From Chiloscyllium plagiosum (Eukaryota), in assembly GCF_004010195.1 (NCBI RefSeq), contig NC_057718.1:89072787-89136786 (forward strand): 64,000 bases of DNA, in the 5' to 3' direction. How positions within the stretch are numbered: position 1 is the stretch's first letter; the number at the start of each line of letters is the position of its first letter. A program made the translations under genes and the position numbers. Of this stretch, positions 51,749-63,944 are shown piece by piece. Under the pieces are notes generated by a model. It was not told the origin of the DNA. It was given only the letters and a program-made list of their open reading frames with translations, and made no database searches.

Positions 51749-52019
51749 GAATGCATGGTCACGAGGAGAGGGTGGGATGCTCTTTGAAGCATTAGTGAGG
51801 ACTTGATGGGCTGAATGTCCTTCTTCTGCACTTTCGAAATTCTATAAAAAGATCTTTTGTTTATTTTTAAATTAAAAAGGAATGTTTTGGGATTTTATGT
51901 CTTCTGTGTGTTTAAAAATCTTTGAATTTAAGTTATAAATATATGGTCTAGTTTATTCTATTTTATCTTCATTTCTTTTGTTAATGAGTATCTGTTTTAT
52001 TGTTAGAGCAAGTCTTCAG

Positions 52020-52972
52020 TAAATACAGTAAATGCCAGGACACTTATGGGCATTAATAAACAGAGTGATCTAGAGGTGCATGTCCGTAGCTCCCTGAAAG
52101 TGGCAACACAAGTGGATGAGGTGATAAAGAAGGCATATGACATGCTTGCTTTTATCAGTCAGGGCCCTGAGTACAAAGATTGGGAAGTCATGGTATAGCT
52201 GTGTAAGACTTTAGTCTAGATGAGAGTAGTGCTGGAAAAGCACAGCAGGTCAGGCAGCATCCGAGGAGCAGGAAAGTCGACGTTTCGAGCAAAAGCCCTT
52301 CATCAGGAATATTCCTAATGAAGGGCTTTTGCCGGAAACGTCGACTTTCCTGCTCCTCAGATGCTGCCTGACCTGCTGTGCTTTTCCAGCACCATTCTAA
52401 TCTAGACTCTGGTTTCCAGCGTCTGCAGTCCTTATTTTTGCCTGTGTAAGACTTTAGGCCACATTTGGAGTATTGCGTGCAATAGTGGTCATTCTACTAT
52501 TAGAAGGATGTGACGGCATTAGAAACGGTGCAAAAGAGGTTTACCAGGATGTTGTTTGGATTGGAGTGTACTGGCTAAGAGGAGAGGTTGGACAAACTTG
52601 GATTGTTTTTGCTACAGTGTTGGAGACTGAGAGGTGACCTGATAGAAGTACAGAAAGTGATGAGGAGCATGGATAAAATGGATAGTCGAAGTGCACTTCC
52701 CAGGCTGAAATACTGTGGGGGGAGGCTTAAGGGGTTTAAGGGGAGAGGGAGAAATATTAAATGAAACATGTGAGAGGAAAATCTTTTTATGCTGAGTAGT
52801 ATGTGCCTGGAACATGCTACCAGGGGAGGTGGTAGAAGCAGGTGCAGTGGCAACATTTAAGAGACATTTCCTCAGACACATGTGCAGGCAGATGTGATTA
52901 GTTTCGAATGGCTCATGGTGGCACAGGCAGACTGGGATAAAGGACCTGTTCCTGTGTCGTACTGTTCTATGT
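52020..52972 (+). mobile_element. CR1 3' fragment interrupted by a PLE insert
   Basis: DLEVHVRSSLKVATQVDEVIKKAY..LAFI, continuing after 52457 with PHLEYCVQ and VQKRFTRML. Confidence 0.85.
52215..52441. mobile_element. Family A inverted-repeat PLE insert, near-perfect palindrome centred at 52310/52311
   Basis: Centre catcaggaat|attcctaatg; 16-bp TSD ctgtgtaagactttag (52199-52214, 52442-52457). Minus-strand hammerhead 52277-52310 has an intact core (CUGAUGA-A-GGGC-uuuu-GCUC-GAAA-CG-UC). Confidence 0.9.
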
Positions 52973-53434
52973 TCAGTGGTCAGCATTGCATGCTTATGTT
53001 ACAGCAAGAGGCCACTTTGTTAAAATGCAAACAAATCAAAATACAACCGATCAATGTCAGGGATGTGACTTGTCTCGTAATAGTAACATCATAATGATTA
53101 TCAATGGCCAAAGAAGGGCAAACCATGGTTTTTGTTCCCATGTAGAAAGAAGCAACTTGTAGTTTTATTGTACCTTTGCATCCAATGAAATGTAGTTACT
53201 GCTGTGATGTTGGAAACGCAACAGCTACTTTGAGCACAGCAAGCTGGACAAGCAGCATGTTTATCATCAGAAAACCGACTCTGCTGCGTTTGGTTCAGGG
53301 ACAATTATTAGCCAGTGTCCAAGGGAGACGCTCTTTGCACTTGGCGTGCACAGTCCTTGTGGAAGGAAAGTCCTATCTTTACACTGTCCATCATGTTGTA
53401 TGGCACTAGCACTGTGCTGAATGGGATAGATTTC

Positions 53435-55540
53435 AAACAGATCCAGCTGGATCCATGAGGTGCTGCGGGTCATCAGCAGCAGGAGTCTCGTATTCAACCA
53501 TGATGGGTAATCTCGTAGCCCGGTATATTATATCCACTGTCCCATCCCCAGCAAGCTGGGGGGATCAGCCCTGGTTCCATGATGAGTACAGAGAGGCATT
53601 CCATGGTGTACCTAAGAATGATGTGTCCCAAACTACTTCAATACCAAACAGTATAAAGCAATAGACAGAGCTAAGTTATTACATGATCAATGGTTCAGAT
53701 CTGAGCACACATTCAGTTCTGAATGGTGGTGGACAATTAACAGGAGGAGTTGACTCCAGAAATATCCCCATTCTCAGTGCTGGGACAGCCCAGAAAATCT
53801 TTTCAAAACATGAGGCTGAAGTATTTGCTACTATTACCATCCAGTAACACAAAGGAGATCATCCATCTCAGACTCCTCTTTAGCCAAGTTGATTTGCCCC
53901 ATGTGATGTCAAGAGCAGCTGAAGACACTGCAAAGACTATCAGCACTGTCAATATTTCAGTAATAGTACTGAAAATGTATGCTCCGGAACTGGCTGTGTC
54001 CCTAGTGAAGCTGCTCCAGTGCAGTTCCAACACCTATTATCTACCAGCGATGTACAGTATTGCTCAGAATGTCACTTTTGAAACATCAGCAGTGTAGTGG
54101 AAGGATTGCTAACAGGGCAATCAAGCAGCACTTGCTCAGAACTAACTACACAGTTCGGGTTCCATCTGGGCCATGCAGCTCTTGATTTCATGCAACTTTT
54201 ACTTGAAACAAGTCAAATTGAACACAGCCAATTACTGTCCCATCAGCCTTATTTTAATCAGCAGCAAAGTGATGGAAGGTATAATTTACAATACTATGAA
54301 ACCGTACTTTCTCAGCAATAGCTGTTCATTGTTGCTCAGTTTAGATTCCACCAAGGATACTTGCCTCCAGACTTCACGACAGCCTTTGTTTAAACATGGA
54401 CAGAGGCGTTGATCTTGAGGGATGAGGTGAGAGGAACTGCCTTTGACAACAAGGTAGTAAATGATCAAGTATAGATCAAAATGTTCTATTAAACTTGGAC
54501 ATAATGGGAATCAGGGGCGAGCTTTCCACTGGTTTGTATCATTGCAGAGATGCCCTTAGAAAAGCAGAATGATCGTGGGTTTTGGAGGTCAATCATCTCA
54601 GTACAAGGATTTGTCAGTGTAGTGTCCTAGTCCCAACCATATTTGGTTACTACATCAAAAGCCTTCTCTCCATCATAGATGTAGAAGTGGGGTTATTCGT
54701 TGATGATTATGCAATGTTCAGTACCATTCACAACAAATTCACTGATCAGATACTGAAACAGCCCATGTCCACATGTCATAAGGTCACTGGACAACAGTTG
54801 AGCTAGTACTTGGCAAGAAACAGTTGTGCCACACAAATGCCAGACAATGACCATATCACACAAAAGAAAATCTAACCATTTCCCCTTGACATTCAATGAC
54901 TTTGCCATCACTGAACGCCTCACTGTCATATTCCAGTGGAGTTACTGTTCATGCACCAGGCATTTAATATTGTGGCTGCAAGAACAGGTCAGAGATCAGG
55001 GATTCTGAAGTGAACCACTTCCTGTTTTCCCAAAACCCCTTGACAAGGCACAAGTCAGGAGTGTGATGGAATACTCTCCACCTGCCTGGATGGGCGCAAC
55101 TCCAACCCAGTTCAGAGCAGCCTGCTTGATTGGCACTCCATCTACCACCTTCAACATTCCTCTATACTAACACATGGTGGGACAGTTGTGTAAGGTCCTC
55201 TGTAATAACTCATATAGTCTCTTTTAACAGCACATTCCAAACTTATGATGTCTGTCACTTAAAGGATGAGGACAGAAGTGATGGGAAAACCATCATTTAC
55301 AAATTCACTTTCAATTATGCACAATCTTGACCTGTATCTGTGTGCCAATCCTTTCTGCCACTGGGGTCAAAATGCTGGAACTCCCCCCCCAAACAGCACT
55401 ATGGCATATGTGTAACTACCCTCCAAGGTTATGGTGGTTCAAGAACATGGTTCATCCCCCACTTTCACCAGGTCAGTTGGTGGTGAGCAGCAAATGCTGG
55501 CCTAGCTAGTGACCCCCATATCCTGCAAATGAAAAAGTAA
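53435..55540 (+). mobile_element. Old non-LTR retrotransposon RT remnant (CR1/L2 group, distinct from the HER1-like family)
   Basis: LKMYAPELAVSLVKLLQCS, ANYCPISLILISSKVMEGII, SVLVPTIF..YI, GLFVDD, HKCQTMTIS, VRSVMEYSPPAWMG; 3' tail at 55480-55535. Confidence 0.75.
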
Positions 55541-57084
55541 CAAATAAATCGCCTTACTTTCCAAAAACGCACCATTCTCTCTGTCTTGCATTTACTCAAC
55601 AACTGAACTTCCATCGGTCTGCTGGGATAGTGAATTCCAAATGTTTGATTAGATTAGATTAGAATCCCTACAGTGTGGAAACGGGCCCTTCGGCCCGACA
55701 ACCCTCCGAAGAGCAACCCACCCAGACCCATTCCCCTATATTTACCACTGACTAATGCACCTAACACTATGGACAATTTAGCATGGCCAATCCACCTAAC
55801 CTGCACATCTTTGGACTGTGGGAGGAAACCGGTGCACCCAGAGGAAACCCACGCAGACACGGGGAAAACGTGCAAACTCTACACAGACAGTTGCCCGAGA
55901 CAGGAATTGAACCCAGGTCCCTGGCACTGTGAGGCAGCAGTGCTAACCACTGAGCCACCGTGCCACCCTAACGGATGAAATGGATGAATAGATGAAATTT
56001 CTCCTCATCTCAGTCCTAAATGGAAGACTTCTTATTCTGAGGCAATGTGTCTCAGTCTGATTTCCCCAACCTGGGAAAACATCCGCCCAGCATCTATCCT
56101 GTCACACTCCTTAAGAATTTTCTGTATTTCAATATGATTATCTCTCTTATTGTTCTAAGTCCCAGAAAATATAGGCAGAGTTGACTGATTCTTTCCTCAA
56201 CAGAGAATTCTCTCATGTTTTGCACCAATGCACAGAACCAGTTGTTTGTGGTAGCCGAATGTTAAATTACTGTGATTCATGTATGAAGACTCCTTGGTCT
56301 CTCAGAATACCAACATTACCCATTCTTTCAGCATTTCAAAAAAATTCTGCATTTCTATTTCCATTACCAAAATAAATAATTTCACACTTCTATACATTAC
56401 AAATCTCTTGTTTAACACATCCATTTTAATTTATATCCTCGTCATGGATTATTTACCAACCTGGCTTTGAATTCATAGAATCCCTACATTGTGGAAATAG
56501 GCCCTTCAGCCCAACAAGTCCACACCGACCCTCCAAAGAGTAACCCACCCAGATCCATTCCCCTACATTTACCCCTGACTAATGCACCCAACCTACACAT
56601 CCCTGAACGCGATGGGCAATTCAGCACGGCCAATTCACCTAACCTGCATATCTTTGGTTTGTGGGAGGAAACCCCACGCAGACACACAAGAATGTGCAAA
56701 CTCCACAATGACATTCGTTGAAGGTTGGAATCAAACCCGGGTCCCTGGTACAGCGAGGCAGCAGTGCTAACCACTGAGCCATCATGCCACCTGTATTGTT
56801 AGGAAACATGGTTGTATTACCACAATCCACTCATGTAAATCTTCGAAATTCAACTGTGAATCTGTTGGAGAGAGCCAAGGTCCAGATATTGATTTTTGCA
56901 GTAACCTACTAGTTACAGCCTGCTAACCAGAAAGTGACACACTTATTCCAACTATATGTCTTCTCCCTGTTAGATAAAACTCAATCCAATCGAATATATT
57001 TGCCCCAAACACCTGAAGTCTTAAATTTCAGTAATTACCTCATATTTTATTGAATGTCTTCTGAAAAATCCAAATAAACTGCTG

Positions 57085-57620
57085 AAAACAAAAAAATGCT
57101 GGAGATCACTGCTGGTCAGGCGGCATCCATGGAGAGTAAGCAGGCTAACATTTCAAGTCTAGATGACTCTTCATCAGAGCTGATGTGAAGTGTGAAGGGG
57201 GGCAGCACTTATTGCTATAGTTGGGGGGGGGGGGGGTAGTGTGAGGGTTGGAGTGTAGCGTGCTGGGGAAGAAAGGGTGTTGATAGTTCAGAATAAGGGG
57301 TCAAAATGTGAGAATGGCAGAATAATGGTGTGTAACTGGAAAGTACAGTCATTCCCACTGGCAATGAAGGGACGGGAGAGAGGACCTGGTGACAGAGAAT
57401 GTAACAAGCAAAGCTGAAAGGAAGGAAGGAGTGGGTTCACAACTTTGAACTCCGTATTGAGCCCGGAAGGTTGTAAACTGCGTAGTTGGAAGATGAGATG
57501 CTGCTCCTTCAGTTTTCACCGGAGCACTGCAGCATGCCGAGGACAGACAGGGGGGTATTTGACAGGAAGCTGTGTTAAAATGACTGGCCACGGGAAGATC
57601 GGTGTCATGCTAGAATCAAT
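57085..57620 (-). mobile_element. PLE 3' remnant with hammerhead at 57144-57180
   Basis: Endonuclease-tail-like EQHLIFQLRSLQPSGLNTEF on the minus strand, then gct-CTGATGA-A-GAGTC-atcta-GACTT-GAAA-TG-TT-agc (3-bp stem I gcu/agc, 5-bp stem II). Confidence 0.75.
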
Positions 57621-58349
57621 AAACTACGTCCACTCCAATAATTACAACCTCAGAAAATTTCTGAAAAGTTTGGTGAATCCTGATATCTATTTCATACATC
57701 GGAGTTGAGTTTCCCCAATCACATAAAGATTTTCCAAATGCCTGTTAATCACGTTTTTCATATTAGATTCCTGCATTTTGCCTATCACTGAGGTCAGGCT
57801 AATTAACCATTAGTTCCCTGTTTTCTCTCTCCCTACTTTCTTGAACACTGGAATTACCATCCAATCCAGGGGACAATCCTTGAATTTCAGGAACTCTGCA
57901 AACCCAAAACCAATGTATTTGCCACCTCTATAGCTATCTCTTTTAAAGTCCCAATGTGTGGTCCCTTAGATAAGGGGGTTGTGGACTTGTCCCATTAATT
58001 TTCTATTCCTTTTTGAATACTATGTTTTTAAAAGTCCTTTGCTCTTGCCAAACCACTGGTTCCCCATCACCTTTTCAAATGGTTTTGTATTTCTACCATG
58101 AAAACAAATAAAAATATTTATCCAAAACTTTTGCTACTTCATTATTCCTCATTATATTTGCTCCTGTCTGTGCCTCCAAGAACCCCAGGTTTTTGTTTGC
58201 TGATTGCTTCCTTTATAAATTATTCCAATCCATTGTTAAGTCTCTTGTTGGTTTGCTTGCAAATCTTATGTTCTGTTTATTAATTCCTTTGTCATGTTTT
58301 GCTGAATTTTAAAATCAGCCGTTGGTGTGTTATCCTTTTGGCATATGAT

Positions 58350-59080
58350 TAGAGTCATAGAGATGTACAGCACGGAAACATTCCCTTTGGTCCAACTCGT
58401 CCATACTGACCAGATATCCCAACCTAATCTAGTCCCATTTGCCAGCAGTTGGCCCTTATCCTTTTAAATCATTTTGATTCATATACCCATCCTTTTAAAT
58501 GTTGCAATTGTACCAGCCTCCACCACTTCCTCTGGCAGCTCATTCCATACACGAACCACCTTCTGTGAGAAAAAGTTGCCCTTGAGTTCCTTTTTATATC
58601 TCACCCCTAAACCTATGCCCTCTAGTTCTGGACTCCCCCACCCCAGGGAAACAACTTTGTCTATTTATCCTCTCTATGTCCCTCATGATTTTATAAACCT
58701 CTATAAGGTCAGCCCTCAGCATCCGACACGCCAGGGAAAACAGCCCCAGCTTATTTAGCCTATCCCCATAGCTCAAATCCTCCAACCCAGGCAACATCTT
58801 TGTAATTCTTTTCTGGACCCTTCCAATTTTCACAACATCCTTCCGATAGGAAGGAGGTAGGGATTGCACGCAATATTGCAAAGGTGGCCTAACCAACATC
58901 CTGTACAGCCACAACATGACCTCCCAACCCCTATACTCAATACTCTGACCAATAAAGGAAAACATACCAAACACCTTCTTCACTATCCAGTCCACCTGCA
59001 ACTCTACTTTCAAGGAGCTATGAACCTACACTCCAAGGTCTCTTTGTTCAGCAACACTCCCATTAAATGTATAAGTCCTT
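58350..59080 (-). mobile_element. HER1/CR1-like LINE 3' fragment
   Basis: LYRMLVRPPLQYCVQ...VQKRITKMLPGLEDLSY. Confidence 0.9.
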
Positions 59081-62000
59081 CTCGGATTCCCTGGTTCACC
59101 TTCCAGCAGATCAGGTGGAGCCTAATATAATCTCCAACATTGATCCTTTCAGGACCATCACATTCTACAATCTCTCCCCTAGATTTTTTTTCAACATAAT
59201 TAACATTTACACCTCCAGGTATGTAGCTGCCTTTGCAATTACTGCTACCTCTCTCTTCCCTAGTCTCTGCCTTCACAGGTTCAGGTGGTTTCCCGGTTTC
59301 AGAATTCTTCCAGGTCACCTTCTCTTCAGACTTGGAAGATTGGTAGGCCTTTGATTTGAACACTTCTGACCTACATCAGATCAGGGGGCGACATGGTGGT
59401 TCAGCGGTTAGCACTGCTGCCTCACAGCACCAGGGACCCAGGTTCGATTCCAGCCTCGGGTGACTATCTATGTGGAGTTTGCACATTCTCCCTGTGTCTG
59501 TGGGTTTCCTCCCACAGTCCAAAGATGTGCAGGTTAGGTGGATTGACCACGCTAAATTGCCTGTAGTGTTAGATGCATCAGTCAGGGGTAAATGTAGGGA
59601 AATAAGTCTGCGTGGGTTTCTCTTCGGAGGGTTGGTATGGACTTGTTGGGTCGAAGGGCCTGTTTCCACACTGTAGGAAATCTGATCTCTGATAAATCAT
59701 TTTTCTTTTTTTTTTGTCTCTTGGATGTTCTTCTCAGCGGATGTCGTTCTTTCCACACCCACGAGTTGGTCCATTACCTTATTGGGGGGACCTGGCATCA
59801 CCTGAATTCCAGTTGAAGAACATCTCCTCCTTCTTAACTCACATGGTTACCCTATAATGTCACTAAGGGTCTTTTAATTTCTTTTCAATGTCCTTCATGG
59901 AAAATGGTTGCTCTTCTCAAAGCAAGGACTTTTGTTCCTAGCAGTGTCCTGGATTTTCAAACCAGGTAATTTCTTCTGCCGAATCTGTAGATATTGGTCT
60001 AGCTTCCAGGAAGTCTCACACAGCTCAATAACGATATTGCTTTGTTTCAATCATTCATGGGATGAGGGTGTTGCTGTATGGGCCAGCATTTATTGCCCAT
60101 CCTCGTTACCCAGAGGGGGCAGTTAAGAGTCAACCACATTGCTGTGGATCTGGAGTCACATGTAGGCCAGACCAGGTAAGGATGGCAGATTCCTTCCCTG
60201 AAGGACATTAGTGAACCAGATGGGCTTTTCCAACAATTGACAATCGATTCATGGTCTTCATTAGATTCTTAATTCCAGCTTTTTTTTACTGATTTCAACT
60301 TGCACTGTCTGGCATGGTGGGATTCGAACCCAGGTGCCCAGAACTGTTATCTGAATTAATCGTCCAGCAATAATACCACAGGGCCATCGCCTCCCCAAAG
60401 CAAGCTAATCTTTAGTCTCAAACTGCTGATACATCTGTAAACTGTTGATTTCAACTCACTGAGAAGTTTGCGTGTCGTCATCTGCCCTGTGTGGATGTCT
60501 TTCCTGTGAAACAAGCATTGCCATATCATCAAACATGCTACTGGAGGATCGCTGTTTACTTAGCATTGTTGGTGATCCTTATACTAATAATTATTCATTG
60601 AAAGACAAAGGATTGAAATCTTGCTCCTGAACCTATGACATCTTGTCAACCAGCAGCGAAATGCTGATCAACATCAAGTAGAAATTTGTCAGTGAGCTCA
60701 AGTGGGTTTCACTACTCATTATTGTTCTCAGTATTTGCTTCTCTGGCAAACTGTGTTATTCTAATTTTTCCACATTCCACAAAATATTTCCATCAGTCCC
60801 ATACAAAGTCACAATCTTTCTTCCTATAAATCATATAAAACAATTTTTTAGGCCAATATTTGTAATGTCAGTCAAATCTTTGTGATTTTTGTGTTCCACA
60901 TTGAGTTTAGGATGCTCGTTGAAATCTTCTGCCGGTTGATCCTTTGCAGGTTGGTTTGTTACTGAATCTGTTATTCTCCTCCAACAGATTGAACCTCTTT
61001 CACTATCACAAGGATGTTGGGGTCAAGATATGTGTGATTTCTCAAAAGTGAAAAGTGTTGATTGTGTATATTTTCAACTCACACTCTTTGTGTGATTTGC
61101 AGTATACCTTTAAGCTATGAGTTATTTTTCCTGGACCATGCAGTTTCATTTCTGTAGGCCATTACCTTCAGCCTTGGTGTTGACCTGATAGACAATCAAA
61201 ATTAATGAGCTGACCAATGACATAAATAAATTCTGTCAAGTTTGAGCCTGTTAACTCAGAATTCCTCAGGTTTTTTTTTAAAATAGAATAGGTTCTGTTG
61301 CAGTAACTTCTTCATATGAAGAAGCATTTGGCTTTTTACTGCTTTGAAACCACTTTCTACTCTGGATAGCTTCCGGAAGTGACGTGTGATTGTTGAGACC
61401 AAATCATTTTATTTTTTCGTGTTTTTGATTGTGGACTGAAGTGGAAAAATGATTGTTTTAAAAGCCAAGGATTGTGGAAAAAAGTCATTGCACCTTTAAA
61501 AAGCTGGCCACTGTCACTCATTGTAAGTTATGGTTAGATTGCTGCATTGTTCAAGCAGTGGGGGAATCTGCAAAGTGAGATTCAATCGGTGACAGGTTGC
61601 TGATTGGTTTGTGGAGTTGTGACTGACCACAACTATCTGGTTGGCTCCTGGGTGGCTGAACAGCTTGTGGGTGTGAACGATACTGGCAGAAGCCTTTGGA
61701 CTGCTGCAAGGGGCAGATGGTGTACCTTTTGCTCTAGTGGAATATCTAAAACTGAAGAAGCTGCCAGAGAAAGTGGTGGAGGATGGGACAATTACAGCAT
61801 TTAAAAGGCATCTGAAGGGTACATGAAAAGGAAGGGTTTAGAAGAGTATGGGCCAAATGCAGGAAAATGGGACTAGATTAGGTTAGGATATCTGGTTGGC
61901 GTGGACAAGTTGGGCTGAAGAGTCTGTTTCTGTGCTGTACATCTCTATGACCCTAAGTCCAGTTTATTTTCTCTCACCAGTCGCTGTAAGACACTTTGCT

Positions 62001-62689
62001 TTTCGTGACTTTGTGCTTCCTGTGATGGACCTTGAAAAGAGAGATTGACGACCAGAAAATCCTGGCAATAAAACAGATCATCTCAGTGAACCCCAATGGA
62101 CTGGGGCTACTGATCTGCTACCCCCACCATAACACCAATGCTTTCTTGTCTGTTCGTGTCTATCTGTGTGAGTGTGTCTGTGTGCGCGCGTGTGTGTGCA
62201 GGGATTTTAGAAGGGGGTTACAGTTTTAACTAACAGTGGTAAATACATACAGTACATAGTTATTTATCAAGGGCTAGAATCTATTAATTTGTAACAACAA
62301 ATGTAGCCCCTGCAAAGTACAGAAACATGGTTCCTGTCTTCAGTGAGCCTGGGTCTAACTGACAGATAAAGTTGTGACTTTGCATACTTTGATAAACTCT
62401 TCAACTTTTATGAAGAGTTTGGGAATAGAGGGGCTCGATTTCTAGGGTGCTAGCCCAGTGAGGCATGCTATAGTTTTACAGATATGGCAATTCCTTGTTA
62501 TAGTTGGACACCACTTGAGCCTGTAAGACTTTTTTTGTTCCACAGCATGGATACTGACTCTTAATCTTTGATGTTTTGCCTTCTGTTAGTCATTGGCTTG
62601 TAATTTGAGTCTGCTCAGTGTTTGTAACTATTAAGTGGATATGTTCTCTTGCTATCCTGTGATAAGATTGTCCTTCTTCTCTGAGGATT

Positions 62690-63210
62690 TGTCTGTGAAT
62701 CTTCCTGCTTTCTGCTTCTAGAATGATTTGAATAGCTTTCTGAAAGTCAACTCTTCTTTGACTCATAATAAATGATCTTCAATAATTCCAACAATAATTC
62801 TGTCTCTCGTGAATTCTGATTTCAAATGTCCATTGTTACAGCTTTCTACTAATCCATAGATTTCTACTAAGACATAATTAATGCAGTTATCTCTGGATTC
62901 CCCAGGAGATTGAACTCTTCTGTTTAATCTTGCTCTTTCTAAGATTTTTTGTATTCCCAAATAAAAGTAGTGATTGAAAACTGTTAAACATTGTTCAAAT
63001 ATATCTGTGATTTCTTTAATATTTTAGGAACTTTTGACATTATCCACTATATTTCATATTGAATATAGTAGCATAATACTTGTTCTTGAGAATAAGTATT
63101 TAAGTTTGAAGCAGTTCTGCATCTTAAGAACTGTTTTCTACAAGATGTCCAATTTTGTATTTTGCTTGACACATCTCTGACATTGAATCTATGAGGTAAT
63201 ATGATTCCTC
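62690..63210 (-). mobile_element. Ty3/Gypsy LTR retrotransposon gag remnant
   Basis: QNWTSCRKQFLRCRTASNL, then ERARLNRRVQSPGES...YGLVESCNNGHLKSEFTRDRIIVGI and EELTF, matching the ERxxFxxRxQxxGES...IRDRIVVGI pattern of fish gypsy Gag. The AT-rich sequence down to ~59060 may be decayed pol. Confidence 0.65.
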
Positions 63211-63944
63211 CTCCCATTTCTCCTTAATGTGGTTATTCTGAACACTGTAAAACTGCTTAAAACTTGCAACACGTCAGTACTCTTTGTAATCTATCATCTT
63301 TTAAGCTTTTAATCTTACACTATTCCAATGCTGTCTTACATCTTCTGTTTTTCAGTCTAAGCTCTATTATTTCGAATATAGCTTTAATTCTGTTAAGTAG
63401 CAATAGTGTATCTCTGTCTGCTTGTTGAGGGTCTCTCTCTGCTTCTTTATGACGTAAAATAATGATTTCCTTGCTCCCACAGGCAAAGTGGAGCTTCCCT
63501 TACCCTGCAGTTGAGATGGAGTTTTCTTACTTAATTCCCAGAGCTTCAAAATAGTACTTCCCTAAATCAGGGTTGGCATTACAAATCCTTTTCCCTTAAC
63601 AACCTGCCCAGTATGACTAGTCTTTTCCTATAAAATGTTGTCTTTTTTAATGCCTCTTACCAGCTTTTAGGCCTGGTGTATTCAGGCCTGGAGTACTGCT
63701 TTCATCCTCCTGTTCCCTCCATGATCTCTGTAAATTGCTTCTCTATTCATCCACACAGCTGCTGAACTGCTGTTTGAGTTTTCTTAAAGCTGTACTGCTC
63801 TGACAGTGATAAACTGACTTGTGTTGTAAAAACAATTCTCCTGAGACAAATCATTCATCATTGTTATGTTGAGCAACGTAAGTTACAAACCTCACCCCAT
63901 CCACCAGCCCTGGTGTTATTGCATGCCAATGATTGACAGCTTAT

